This document shows, in pieces, positions 1 to 8,554 of a stretch of DNA of 64,000 bases. The notes beneath the pieces were generated by a model, which did not search any database, was not told where the DNA came from, and saw nothing but the letters and a program-made list of their open reading frames with translations. This DNA comes from an uncultured Bifidobacterium sp. (GTDB lineage: Bacteria > Verrucomicrobiota > Verrucomicrobiia > Limisphaerales > JADLHS01): NCBI GenBank assembly GCA_964594985.1, contig CAZQNQ010000006.1, forward strand, positions 1,997 to 65,996, in the 5' to 3' direction. A program made the position numbers and the translations under genes. The stretch's first letter is position 1; the number at the start of each line of letters is the position of its first letter.

Positions 1-720
1 GTCCTGCAAAATCTCGCGCACGTAACCTTGACCTTCGCCCGGCCAGTTATAGACCTCGGTGTTTTTCGCTTTATCCCACGACGCGTCCTTCGCGTGGATG
101 TGGATGACGTGGTCGCGAACATGCGTCCAGAATTCCCACGCGTCCTGCCGGGGCCAGGGTTTGGGTTTGCTGCGGTCGGGGTTGAACACCGGATTGGCGG
201 TATCGAACACGAGCTTCAGGCCGGGGCATTTGTCGAGCAACTCAAGCGTGTGTTGCCAGCTCATGCCGCCGTAGTTCATGCAGTTCTCGTGCACCGGCTG
301 GAGGCCCGCGTCGAGAAACATATTCGTCACGTCTTTCACGCGGCGGAACACTTCGGCGGGCGTCTTGTATTCCTCATCGCCGGGCTTAAAGCTCATGATG
401 CGGACGAACTTCGTGCCGAGCCGGGTCATGCGGGGGATGCAGCGCTTCACTTCGCCAAGCGTGAGGTCAAACGGGTCTTCGATCTTCTTAGCCCAGTTCA
501 TCACCGCCGAGCCAAAACAATAGACCTGCACGCCGGATTGTTCGATGAGTTTTACCGCCGCGTCGAAGGCGGCGTCGGGGAGGTCGTGGAAGTTCGCCTT
601 GTTGTGCCCGGGCAATTCCGCCGCGCGCAGTTCGATGAACTTCCAGTCCAAGTCGCGCGTGGCGGCGAGCTGGGTTTCCAGACTTGCGCCGGCCTCATCG
701 CCGATGCCCATCAATTTCAT
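1..720 (-). CDS. Sugar phosphate isomerase/epimerase (xylose isomerase-like TIM barrel), C-terminally truncated by the window edge
   Basis: My own minus-strand translation from the ATG at 720: MKLMGIGDEAGASLETQLAATRDLDWKFIELR...HENCMNYGG...VFDTANP...HIHAKDAS...WPGEGQGYVREILQD. HEN, DTAN, HxHxKD and PGEG are typical of AP-endonuclease-2/XylA-like TIM barrels. The ORF is open to position 1 and is absent from the track because it runs off the window. Confidence 0.65.
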   Translation of the reverse strand, partial: MKLMGIGDEAGASLETQLAATRDLDWKFIELRAAELPGHNKANFHDLPDAAFDAAVKLIEQSGVQVYCFGSAVMNWAKKIEDPFDLTLGEVKRCIPRMTRLGTKFVRIMSFKPGDEEYKTPAEVFRRVKDVTNMFLDAGLQPVHENCMNYGGMSWQHTLELLDKCPGLKLVFDTANPVFNPDRSKPKPWPRQDAWEFWTHVRDHVIHIHAKDASWDKAKNTEVYNWPGEGQGYVREILQD

Positions 721-734
721 GATGCAAGAATTCT

Positions 735-883
735 AACCACAGATGAACACAGATGAACACGGATTAAAAGTTCGAGGCGCGTGTGTCGCCAGGTTCCGCG
801 AATAAAGTTCAAATTCGCGAGGGTCCGTGAAATTCGAGTAAAAGGTTTCCCTCATCCGTGTGAATCCGGGTCCATCCGTGGTT
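735..883. mobile_element. MITE-like element, family A (AACCACAGATG... inverted ends), copy 1
   Basis: Left end aaccacagatgaacacagatgaacacggat and right end atccgtgtgaatccgggtccatccgtggtt are imperfect inverted repeats. The centre contains aaattcgcgag. A second copy lies at 29420-29559. Confidence 0.55.
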
Positions 884-1496
884 AAGACTGCTTGCGGCAC
901 CGGTAAACGTACGCCGGCGGAATGTTGCGCCAGATGGTCGGCGTGGTCTCAAAGTGGGCGAATTGCCGCTGCATCAAACTCCGGAAGCGGACGGTGGTGG
1001 GATAGTAGCGCGCGTGACTGTAGGCGAAGCCGACGAATTCCCCGCCCGGGGCGAGCGAATTCACGATAGCGCTCATGATGCGGTCCTGGAGCGCGGGCAT
1101 CATGTTGCCCCACGCCAGCCCGCTGACGACGCATTGCGCAGTGCCGGCGGGGACGTATTTCGCGAGATGCTCGGCGGAGTCGAAATGGATTTCGCTCTGG
1201 GGAAAGCGTTGCTTCAGCACGGTGACGTTCGTGGCGCTCAATTCCAGCGCGACCAGCCGACCGTTGGGGTGCAGCCGTTTCAGCAGCAGGTCGGTAAAAT
1301 TGCCGGTGCCCGGGCCGAGTTCCACGACAGTGTCGGTGGGCGTAAACCCGCAGGCGTCCACGATGGCGCGTGAGAGGTCTTCCGAGCTGGGCCAGATGGC
1401 GCCGACTTTCAGCGGCTCCCGGATGAAGGCTTGCACAAACCGCCAGGCGCGGGCGCTGACATTGGTTTCGGGGGCCGTATCTTCAATTGGTTTCAT
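882..1496 (-). CDS. Class I SAM-dependent methyltransferase
   Basis: Subset of ORF 882..1868. The start is trimmed to MKPIEDTAP (ATG at 1496) because the upstream 124 codons run through REP-type repeats. Motif I VVELGPGTGNFT and an overall phospholipid/rRNA-adenine methyltransferase-like layout. Confidence 0.7.
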   Translation of the reverse strand: MKPIEDTAPETNVSARAWRFVQAFIREPLKVGAIWPSSEDLSRAIVDACGFTPTDTVVELGPGTGNFTDLLLKRLHPNGRLVALELSATNVTVLKQRFPQSEIHFDSAEHLAKYVPAGTAQCVVSGLAWGNMMPALQDRIMSAIVNSLAPGGEFVGFAYSHARYYPTTVRFRSLMQRQFAHFETTPTIWRNIPPAYVYRCRKQS

Positions 1497-1783
1497 GTTC
1501 GACGCCGCCCAGCATAACGACACGTCCCGGGTGAACAACATCAATTCTCGGGAACTATGCGGTGAGGGTGTTAAAACCGGGTAAGGCGGTCGGCGCGGAG
1601 CGCAAGCGGTCCTCGCCCGCAGCGCGAGGAGGGACGCAGGCGTGGGAAAAGCTTCCAAGCGTATTGCGGTGGTGGCGCGCTGCGGGCGGGGACCGCCCGC
1701 GCTCCGGGATAAATGGCTCCGGACCTTACCCGCTGTTAAACCCGAACTCCGAAGCTGAAGGGCACCGTAGCGCCGTTGCGCCC

Positions 1784-1893
1784 GTAGGGCAGGCTTTCCA
1801 GCCTGCCGGTGCATCGGACTTTCCAGTCCGGTGTTTCGCGGAACGGGCGACTGGAAAGTCGCCCGCACTGGCAGGTTGGAAAGCCTGCCTTAC
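1784..1893. repeat. Nested palindromic REP-like element
   Basis: gtagggcaggctttccagcctgcc ... ggcaggttggaaagcctgccttac (24-nt arms, 2 mismatches), with an inner pair ggactttccagtcc / cgactggaaagtcg. Confidence 0.7.
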
Positions 1894-2079
1894 GTTTATT
1901 GCCGCGCGCCAACTTTGGAGTTCGGGTTAATCACACCCGTGCGTTCCGGGGCTTCGGGGTTTGTCGCTGGCACAATTTTCAACCCGCCGGGCACAGCGTC
2001 GAGGTTTTCGCCGCTTGCCTCTTTCCCCGGGTTGGACAACTCTTGCCGGGAAATCCACCGAACGACATTGAGTATTGTC

Positions 2080-3564
2080 ATGAACCAAAACGCAACCTCT
2101 CCGGCGCGCGATTTTTCGCGGCGCGAATTCATTGCCACCACCACCGTTGCCGGCGCGGCCTTGCTCGCGACACCGACACTGCTGGCTCAATCCTCCGGCG
2201 CGCGGAAACGCTACGCCCTCGTCGGCACCGGCTCGCGGGCCCGCATGTATCAGGACGCGGTCCACAAGACCTACGCAGAGCATTGCGAGATGGTCGGTTA
2301 CTGCGATAACAACGCGGGCCGCTTGAAACTCGCGCAGGAGCGCGCCCGCGAACAGACCGGCAAGGATATCCCGCTCTACGACGCAAAGGATTTTGATCGC
2401 ATGGTCCGCGAGCAGAAACCCGACGTCGTCATCGTCACCACGAAGGATTCCACGCACGACCAATATATCATCCGGGCGATGGAGCTGGGTTGCGATGTGA
2501 TGACGGAAAAGCCGATGACCACGGATGAAAAGAAATGCAAGGCCATCCTCAAGGCGCAGCGGCGCACCGGTCGCAAGTGCATCGTCGCTTTCAATTACCG
2601 CTACTCGCCGCATCGCACGCAGGTGAAGGACCTGTTGATGAAGGGCACGATCGGCGAGGTGCTCTCGGTGGATTTCCATTGGCTGCTCGATACGGTTCAC
2701 GGCGCGGACTACTTCCGCCGCTGGCACGCGAACAAGGCCAACTCCGGCGGGTTGATGGTCCACAAGGCCACGCATCATTTCGATCTGGTGAACTGGTGGC
2801 TCTCGGCAAATCCGCTGTCAGTGCAGGCGAACGGCAAGCGGGATTTTTACACGCCGCACATGGCCAGACGCCTCGGTTTGCAGGGGCATCATGAGCGCTG
2901 TCACACCTGCCCGGAAAAGGACAAATGCACGTTCTTCCTCGATCTCGCCGGCAACGACAACTTCCGCCGCATGTATCTCGAACAGGAGAAATACGACGGC
3001 TATTTCCGCGATCGCTGCGTGTTTCGCCCGGACATTGACATCGAGGACACGATGAACGTGAACGTGAAGTACGATTGCGGCACGACGATGTGTTATTCGC
3101 TCAACGCGTTCAATGGTTGGGAGGGCTACCACATCGCCTTCAACGGCACGAAAGGCCGCTTGGAGCACGGCGTCCAGGAGAAGGTCACGGTGTTCGGCGA
3201 CGGCAGCACGCCCGGCGCGGTGAAGCCCGGCGGCACGTACATCCGCGTTTATCCATTGCGCGCCCCCGCGTACGAAGTCCCGCTCTGGCCGGAAGGTGAA
3301 GGCGGTCACGGGGGCGGTGACAAGGTCATGCTCGACGATCTGTTCCTGCCGCAAAAACCGGCGGACAAATATCTGCGTGCTGCCGATCAACGTGGTGGGG
3401 CATATTCCATCCTCACCGGTGTCGCGGCGAATCATGCCATTCGCACCGGTCAGATCATCCAAATCTCTGACCTCGTTCGCGACATCGGCTGGCCGGATTA
3501 TCCCGCCATGCCGGACCATGCCGAACCCGTGCCGATGCCACCCCGGCCGAACGCCAAAGCGTGA
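2080..3564 (+). CDS. Gfo/Idh/MocA-family oxidoreductase with twin-arginine (Tat) signal
   Basis: Subset of ORF 1831..3564, with the start at MNQNATSPARDFSRREFIATTTVAGAALLA (SRREFI Tat motif). Rossmann start YALVGTGSRARMY and a Gfo/Idh/MocA-like core (VVIVTTKDSTHDQYIIRAMELGCDVMTEKP). Confidence 0.8.
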   Translation: MNQNATSPARDFSRREFIATTTVAGAALLATPTLLAQSSGARKRYALVGTGSRARMYQDAVHKTYAEHCEMVGYCDNNAGRLKLAQERAREQTGKDIPLYDAKDFDRMVREQKPDVVIVTTKDSTHDQYIIRAMELGCDVMTEKPMTTDEKKCKAILKAQRRTGRKCIVAFNYRYSPHRTQVKDLLMKGTIGEVLSVDFHWLLDTVHGADYFRRWHANKANSGGLMVHKATHHFDLVNWWLSANPLSVQANGKRDFYTPHMARRLGLQGHHERCHTCPEKDKCTFFLDLAGNDNFRRMYLEQEKYDGYFRDRCVFRPDIDIEDTMNVNVKYDCGTTMCYSLNAFNGWEGYHIAFNGTKGRLEHGVQEKVTVFGDGSTPGAVKPGGTYIRVYPLRAPAYEVPLWPEGEGGHGGGDKVMLDDLFLPQKPADKYLRAADQRGGAYSILTGVAANHAIRTGQIIQISDLVRDIGWPDYPAMPDHAEPVPMPPRPNAKA

Positions 3565-3594
3565 AAGCAGACCGGCGCGGCTTGGTAAATCGCT

Positions 3595-3622
3595 GGAGCG
3601 CCGAGCCGGCGCTCGGCGCTCC
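3595..3622. repeat. Palindromic REP, GGAGCGCCGAGC family (intergenic copy)
   Basis: ggagcgccgagc cggc gctcggcgctcc, with perfect 12-nt arms. An outer pair cagaccg / cggtctg flanks it. Confidence 0.8.
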
Positions 3623-3667
3623 CCTGCGGTCTGAATCGCATCGCCTTCGGCGACGTCGGAGTCCACG

Positions 3668-5218
3668 ATGAGCGTTGTGATGAATCGAGATCGGGAAAGC
3701 GGGACCGTTGCCCGAAGCGGAAGCCGCGCGAAGTTTTTCGGCTTCGGGGTGCGGCTTTGGTCGCTGGCGTTGTTGCTCGGGCTGGGATTGTCCGGCAACG
3801 CCGCAGTCTATCACGTGGACAGCCAGAACGGCGATGACGCGCGCGACGGCACTTCCGCCGGACAAGCTTGGAAAACTCTGGAGCGCGTGAATGCCCGTGT
3901 CTTCCAGCCCGGCGACCAATTACTCTTCAAATCCGGATCGCGCTTCACCGGGCAACTCCGTCCACAAGGTTCGGGTAAACTGGATGGCGATAAACCCCTG
4001 CCCATCACCATCGGCAAATACGGCGACGGGCCGAAGCCGCGCATTGACGGCGAAGGAAAGTTTCTCGACACGTTGCTACTGCGGAATGTCGAGTTTTGGG
4101 AGGTCAGCGATCTGGAAATCACCAACCTCGGCACAAACCGCGTTCCCTGGCGCACCGGCGTACGCATCGTCTCTGACGGTTTCGGAAAAATGCGGCACAT
4201 CCATTTGCGCAATCTATTCGTGCATGACGTGAACGGCGACTTGCGCAAAGAGCAGGAGGGCTGCGGCATTTATTTCGAGAGTCGGGGCCGCAATCAATCG
4301 CACTTCGATGACCTGCGCATCGAGAACTGTCACGTCGTCCGCACCGACCGCAACGGCATCTGTCAGCGCGGCGGTCGCACCCGCAGTCTGCGGGTGGTGA
4401 TTCGCGGCAATCTCCTCGAAGACATCGGCGGCGACGGCATCAAAATCTGGGGCAGCAACGGCGCGCTTGTCGAACACAACGCGATTCGTGGCGGTCGGAC
4501 GCGCTGCAACGATTACGCCGCCGGCATCTGGCCGTTCGACAGCGATGACACGCTCATTCAGTTCAACGAAGTTTCCGGCATGAAAGGCACGAAGGACGGG
4601 CAGGGGTTTGATTCGGATTATCTCTGCCGCCGTTCCGTGTTCCAATACAACTACAGCCACGACAACGAAGGCGGCTTCATGCTCATCTGCGCGCCGGGCC
4701 ATTCCTACAACGAGGACACCGTCATCCGTTACAACATCAGCCAGAACGACGGCCTCAATTCCGCCCGCATTTTCCATATCAGCGGCGCGAAGAACACGAA
4801 GATTTACAACAACACGATCTACGTCGGTGCGAAGCAGGACTTGCCGCTGTTGCTCTGCAACGACTGGGACGGTGGCAGCGCGCGCGACACATTTTTCTAC
4901 AACAACATCTTTTATGTGGCCGGTCGCGTGACCTATGACTTCGGGAAAAGCCAGAACACCGTCTTCGAGGACAATGTTTTCTGGGGCAAACATCAGAACC
5001 CGCCGGCGGATGCGTCCGCCATCACCCACCAGCCCGCGCTCGCCAATCCCGGCAGCGGCGGGGCGGGTTTTGATTCGTTGTCCGGCTACCGGCTCCGTGA
5101 TGCCACCGCATGTCTGCCGGGGCGACTGGTCCCGGAAAACGGTGGTCGCGATTTCTTTGGTAATTCCGTTCCCGCCGATCAACCACCCTGCATCGGTGCG
5201 GCGCAGATTTACAAGTGA
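3668..5218 (+). CDS. Secreted right-handed parallel beta-helix repeat protein (pectate-lyase-fold)
   Basis: N-terminal hydrophobic signal (LWSLALLLGLGLSGNA), then YHVDSQNGDDARDGTSAGQAWKTLERVN and repeated N/G-rich beta-helix turns (IRGN, HNAIRGG, YNISQND, IYNNTIY, FYNNIFY). Confidence 0.6.
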   Translation: MSVVMNRDRESGTVARSGSRAKFFGFGVRLWSLALLLGLGLSGNAAVYHVDSQNGDDARDGTSAGQAWKTLERVNARVFQPGDQLLFKSGSRFTGQLRPQGSGKLDGDKPLPITIGKYGDGPKPRIDGEGKFLDTLLLRNVEFWEVSDLEITNLGTNRVPWRTGVRIVSDGFGKMRHIHLRNLFVHDVNGDLRKEQEGCGIYFESRGRNQSHFDDLRIENCHVVRTDRNGICQRGGRTRSLRVVIRGNLLEDIGGDGIKIWGSNGALVEHNAIRGGRTRCNDYAAGIWPFDSDDTLIQFNEVSGMKGTKDGQGFDSDYLCRRSVFQYNYSHDNEGGFMLICAPGHSYNEDTVIRYNISQNDGLNSARIFHISGAKNTKIYNNTIYVGAKQDLPLLLCNDWDGGSARDTFFYNNIFYVAGRVTYDFGKSQNTVFEDNVFWGKHQNPPADASAITHQPALANPGSGGAGFDSLSGYRLRDATACLPGRLVPENGGRDFFGNSVPADQPPCIGAAQIYK

Positions 5219-5252
5219 GGAGCGCGGCTGTGTCTGAAAGACCAGCCGCAGC
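5219..5252. repeat. REP hairpin, CAGCCGCGCTCC family
   Basis: ggagcgcggctgtgtctgaaagaccagccgcagc, immediately after the stop of the beta-helix gene. A possible terminator-like hairpin. Confidence 0.65.
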
Positions 5253-5293
5253 AAGCGGAGCAGGCGAAAGCTTCATAACCTTGCCGGACTCGT

Positions 5294-5329
5294 GTGCTGC
5301 GACTGGGGCTTTGCCCACAGTCGCGCTCC
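5294..5329. repeat. REP hairpin, CAGCCGCGCTCC family (opposite orientation)
   Basis: gtgctgcgactggggctttgcccacagtcgcgctcc. Related copies lie at 8521-8548 and 55744-55777. Confidence 0.65.
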
Positions 5330-5373
5330 GGCGACGGTTTGAACAACAACGATGCCAGCCGGTCAAATAAACC

Positions 5374-6111
5374 GTGAAAGCAACGTCAACCCAGTCTCCC
5401 GCTCCAATTCCCTTTCGCACCCGCGCCGGCCAGTATTGGCGCAAAGAAATCCGCCCGTTGCTCATTTTCGCGTTGATTCTCTTTTCCATCCGCTCCTCGC
5501 TCGCCGATTGGAACGATGTGCCGAGCGGCTCGATGCGCCCGACCATTCTCGAGGGCGACCGCATCTTCGTGAACAAACTCGCCTATGATCTCAAAGTGCC
5601 CTTCACCACCTGGCACATCGCCGAATGGGGCAATCCACAGCGTGGCGACATCGTGGTGTTCTTCTCGCCGCACGACGGCAAGCGCCTCGTCAAGCGCGTC
5701 ATCGGCCTGCCCGGCGACACCATCGAACTCCGCAACAATCAACTTGTCCTCAACGGCGCACCCGTCGAATACCAGCCCATCGCCGAGGAACTCCTGCGAT
5801 ACATTCTCGCCGCCGAACGCGAAGGCCGCGTCTTTGCCAGTGAAAAACTCCCCGGGCAGACACACGCGGTTGGTGGCTATCCCGCCGCGCCCGCGCCGCG
5901 GACCTTTGCTCCCATCGTTGTGCCGCAAGGCGAATACTTCATGATGGGCGACAACCGCGACGACAGCTTCGACTCCCGCTTCTGGGGCACGGTGAAACGC
6001 GAGAAGATCGTGGGTCGTGCCACCGCCGTGGTGCTCTCGTTCGACAAGAGTAATTACTGGCTGCCGCGGTGGGGAAGGTCGTTCACTTCATTGCGAAGTG
6101 ATGGGGATTAG
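5374..6111 (+). CDS. lepB: Signal peptidase I
   Basis: Catalytic Ser box SGSMRPTILEGD, Lys box KRVIGLPGD, and GDNRDDSFDSRFWG, all signature boxes of type I signal peptidases. GTG start per the ORF track. Confidence 0.85.
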   Translation: MKATSTQSPAPIPFRTRAGQYWRKEIRPLLIFALILFSIRSSLADWNDVPSGSMRPTILEGDRIFVNKLAYDLKVPFTTWHIAEWGNPQRGDIVVFFSPHDGKRLVKRVIGLPGDTIELRNNQLVLNGAPVEYQPIAEELLRYILAAEREGRVFASEKLPGQTHAVGGYPAAPAPRTFAPIVVPQGEYFMMGDNRDDSFDSRFWGTVKREKIVGRATAVVLSFDKSNYWLPRWGRSFTSLRSDGD

Positions 6112-6113
6112 CA

Positions 6114-6626
6114 TCATTTTGAGGGAGGGTTGTCTTCACCCAAGCCATCCTCAAAGTCTCGCTGCCCGTTTGGGTCGAAGAAGGCTCGATCAAATCCATC
6201 TTCAAGTTTGATCGGCTTGAACAGCACCTCTCCAGAATCTTTGAAGGCTTTGCAATACGCGAAGAATGTATCGTGGTTGTCAGTGATGACAAACTCAGCA
6301 TCAATCACCACAGCCCGAGCTATAATTTTGATGTCGTCTTTCAACGCATCGCGCTCCACACCTTTTGGACGCAGGCGTTTCCAATCAAGCTTTGCGGCCT
6401 TCTGAGCATCTTCCCAGTTGAATGGAAGCACAACACAACAGCGTAAAATATCCGCCGGGATTTCCTGCTTCACGCAGAATTCGGACGCGACAATCGTGGA
6501 AAGATAGATGGGAATCTGGCTCTCCAGAAAGTGTCTCCAGTAACGGCGCGCGGCTTCATTGTGCTTCCGATTGGAATCGGCGAGCGTGATGAAGAAGCTT
6601 GTGTCAATAAGAACTCCAGCAGCCAT
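6114..6626 (-). CDS. PIN-domain nuclease (VapC-like) with an acidic C-terminal extension
   Basis: Subset of ORF 6114..6674, starting at MAAGVLIDTSFF (ATG at 6626). Acidic residues sit at PIN-like spacing: LIDTS, ASEF, VITDNHD. The start lies 1 nt after the stop of the upstream gene (TAAAATG). Local GC is about 47-50%. Confidence 0.65.
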   Translation of the reverse strand: MAAGVLIDTSFFITLADSNRKHNEAARRYWRHFLESQIPIYLSTIVASEFCVKQEIPADILRCCVVLPFNWEDAQKAAKLDWKRLRPKGVERDALKDDIKIIARAVVIDAEFVITDNHDTFFAYCKAFKDSGEVLFKPIKLEDGFDRAFFDPNGQRDFEDGLGEDNPPSK

Positions 6627-6627
6627 T

Positions 6628-7404
6628 TTATCCTCCGCGCAAATCCCTAACCCATTTTGCTGCGTCAGGAACATCGGCCCACGCCTTGGTTCCCTTGGCT
6701 GCGAAGCGATCTAATGCGCCTTCGTCGTAGGTTGGTTGATAATCAACAAAGGTGATCAGTTGAATGCTTCGTAAATCGCCCGTGCGAAAATGTTGGTTTG
6801 CCCGCACGTGCAGGAGTGCTTTGTGGTAAAGCCGGTTCTCAATTTGTTCGCGCAGGTATCCTTGCGAAGCACCGATGATCAGTGTTTTGCCGGTGCGATC
6901 TAGTTTCAGGTGAATGTTTGCCTTATGGGTGCCCCCCATGTCCACGACTTGCCCGAACAGGTATTTTTCTACCGCGACCCACGGGACGATTTCACCAATC
7001 CGGTAGTCGGTTTTTTGACTGATCCGAAAGCCCGGCAGGTTTTCACACTTCGAGCGAACCTCATAGTCCAGTTCAGGATTGTCCTTTGTGCGTGACTGCC
7101 ATTTTTGAATGATTTCTGCGCGCTTGTAATCCAACTCGCCCAATACATCTTCTCGAGCCATCAGCTTCAGATCAGGTTCAAGGCTGGAAGCAACCACTAC
7201 CGGGAGCAGAACACGCAAGACATAGGAGCTTTTGGCAATTTCAACGTGCGCCTGGTCGAGCTTCAGTTTCTGGCTTCCGCTGATGAATGCCTCGACTTGC
7301 TGGTTGAACTCGTTGAACCGGGACAGGCCAATCGTCTTTGGAGTGATTTCTACTCCTTCCACTTTGCCGTGTAAGACAAACTCCATGGATGCCGCTTCGT
7401 TCAT
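6628..7404 (-). CDS. Hypothetical protein (258 aa), upstream partner of the PIN nuclease
   Basis: Long ORF with protein-like composition, tightly coupled to the PIN gene. I recognise no domain. It is far larger than classical VapB antitoxins. Confidence 0.5.
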   Translation of the reverse strand: MNEAASMEFVLHGKVEGVEITPKTIGLSRFNEFNQQVEAFISGSQKLKLDQAHVEIAKSSYVLRVLLPVVVASSLEPDLKLMAREDVLGELDYKRAEIIQKWQSRTKDNPELDYEVRSKCENLPGFRISQKTDYRIGEIVPWVAVEKYLFGQVVDMGGTHKANIHLKLDRTGKTLIIGASQGYLREQIENRLYHKALLHVRANQHFRTGDLRSIQLITFVDYQPTYDEGALDRFAAKGTKAWADVPDAAKWVRDLRGG

Positions 7405-7465
7405 TGCCTGCTCGCTGCCATACAGTAGCTCATTAACGGGAGTATTCGCAATAGCCGGCTACGAA

Positions 7466-7538
7466 CCAAACAAATCCATCTGCGGGGGCGGGGCGAGGTG
7501 CTTGAGTTTGTCGCGCTCCTGCTGGCGGCGCGGTTGGC
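7466..7538. repeat. Direct-repeat copy of the mutS 3-prime terminus (73 bp, 2 mismatches versus 8559-8631)
   Basis: ccaaacaaatccatctgcgggggcggggcgaggtgcttgagtttgtcgcgctcctgctggcggcgcggttggc compared with the true mutS end. On the minus strand it would encode QPRRQQERDKLKHLAPPPQMDLFGS. Confidence 0.85.
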
Positions 7539-7539
7539 C

Positions 7540-7794
7540 TTATCCGCCTGCCAATGTCTCCAACCGTTTCAGGGAAAAGACATCGCCACCCCGCAGGAAG
7601 AAGCGCGTGATTTGCTCGCGCAACTGGCGGTAGAGCGCGGGGTCGGTTTGCGCGAGTTGTACCGGCACGTCGCGCCGGGCGAAACGCACGAGCGCGGCGA
7701 GTTCGGCCCAGCGTTTTTGTTGGAAATAAACATCCACTTGGGCCGGGTCGGCCAGCAGGGCGCGGGCGGTCAATTCTTCTTCGCGGGCATTCAT
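7540..7794 (-). CDS. Hypothetical small protein (84 aa)
   Basis: ORF starting 3 nt after the stop of the NTase-fold gene. Its stop codon lies immediately before, and in frame with, a duplicated mutS tail. It contains no His residue, so it is not a HEPN RX4-6H protein. Confidence 0.4.
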   Translation of the reverse strand: MNAREEELTARALLADPAQVDVYFQQKRWAELAALVRFARRDVPVQLAQTDPALYRQLREQITRFFLRGGDVFSLKRLETLAGG

Positions 7795-7796
7795 GT

Positions 7797-8345
7797 TCAG
7801 ATTTCCAGCACGTCGAGATAGACGAGATTTTCGGTGGCGCGTTCGCGGGCTTGGGAATTGAATTCAACAATAATGCTCCGCACTCGTTGCAAGTCCGGGC
7901 GATGGCGGCTCAACAAAAAACGGATGTCGCTCAAGTCTTTTGGTTCCGCACGAATGAGCTTGGCGGCGATGAGATTTTCCACCGGCGGTCGAAAGAGATG
8001 CAATCGCCCCATGCGTTCTATCAACATGGGGTCAAAGTTTCCCAGTTGCGTCAATCCTGGCTCGATGAGTTGCAGATACGGGCGGTCGGGTTCGAGCGTC
8101 TGTTTGGGATCGAAGAGCAGGCCGATTTTTTCGGCTGCGGTCTTGAGTTCAAGCCGGTCGTAGTCACTCGCGGGTTTCCAGATGTCGAGGTCGGCGGAAG
8201 TGCGTCCATCCATGCCCCCAAACAAGCAAGCCGCCGAACCGATGAGACAGAGCCGGAGCGGAGAACCTTCTTTGCCGAGAGCTTGAGCGAGATCAGCCAA
8301 CACCGCCGACCACGCTTCGCCGTCGAGTTGTAGCTTCAAGGACAT
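7797..8345 (-). CDS. Nucleotidyltransferase-fold protein (minimal NTase / DUF6036-like)
   Basis: LIGSAACLFGGMDGRTSADLDIW matches the G-S...D-x-D signature of minimal nucleotidyltransferases. 182 aa. Confidence 0.55.
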   Translation of the reverse strand: MSLKLQLDGEAWSAVLADLAQALGKEGSPLRLCLIGSAACLFGGMDGRTSADLDIWKPASDYDRLELKTAAEKIGLLFDPKQTLEPDRPYLQLIEPGLTQLGNFDPMLIERMGRLHLFRPPVENLIAAKLIRAEPKDLSDIRFLLSRHRPDLQRVRSIIVEFNSQARERATENLVYLDVLEI

Positions 8346-8421
8346 TCAGTACGCGGTGGCATCATAACCAAAACTCGGTGGCGAATCAAACCAACAAAGA
8401 GGCCCGCACCTGTTGCTTGAT

Positions 8422-8441
8422 CCAAACAAATCCATCTGCGG
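8422..8441. repeat. Partial (20 bp) third copy of the mutS 3-prime terminus
   Basis: ccaaacaaatccatctgcgg is identical to the first 20 nt of the copies at 7466 and 8559. Confidence 0.6.
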
Positions 8442-8520
8442 CGCACGGACGGTCCCCGTCCGCAGCGGGTGAAGGGGGAAGTGGGTTTATGGATTATCCT
8501 ACATCTTTCTGTCTGGCGAC

Positions 8521-8548
8521 GCGCTGCGGCTGAGGACAGCCGCGCTCC
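8521..8548. repeat. REP hairpin, CAGCCGCGCTCC family
   Basis: gcgctgcggctgaggacagccgcgctcc, just downstream of the mutS stop. Confidence 0.6.
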
Positions 8549-8554
8549 AGCGAT

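Noticed and set aside
28-756. 242-aa plus-strand ORF at the window start
   Set aside because: It has the Arg/Val/His-rich composition typical of an antisense shadow in high-GC DNA. The opposite strand gives a clean TIM-barrel sugar isomerase translation starting at the ATG at 720.
1497-2079. 5-prime extensions of ORFs 882..1868 and 1831..3564
   Set aside because: The extensions translate REP-type palindromes (1784-1893 and neighbours). Credible starts with a signal or Tat motif lie further in (1496 and 2080).
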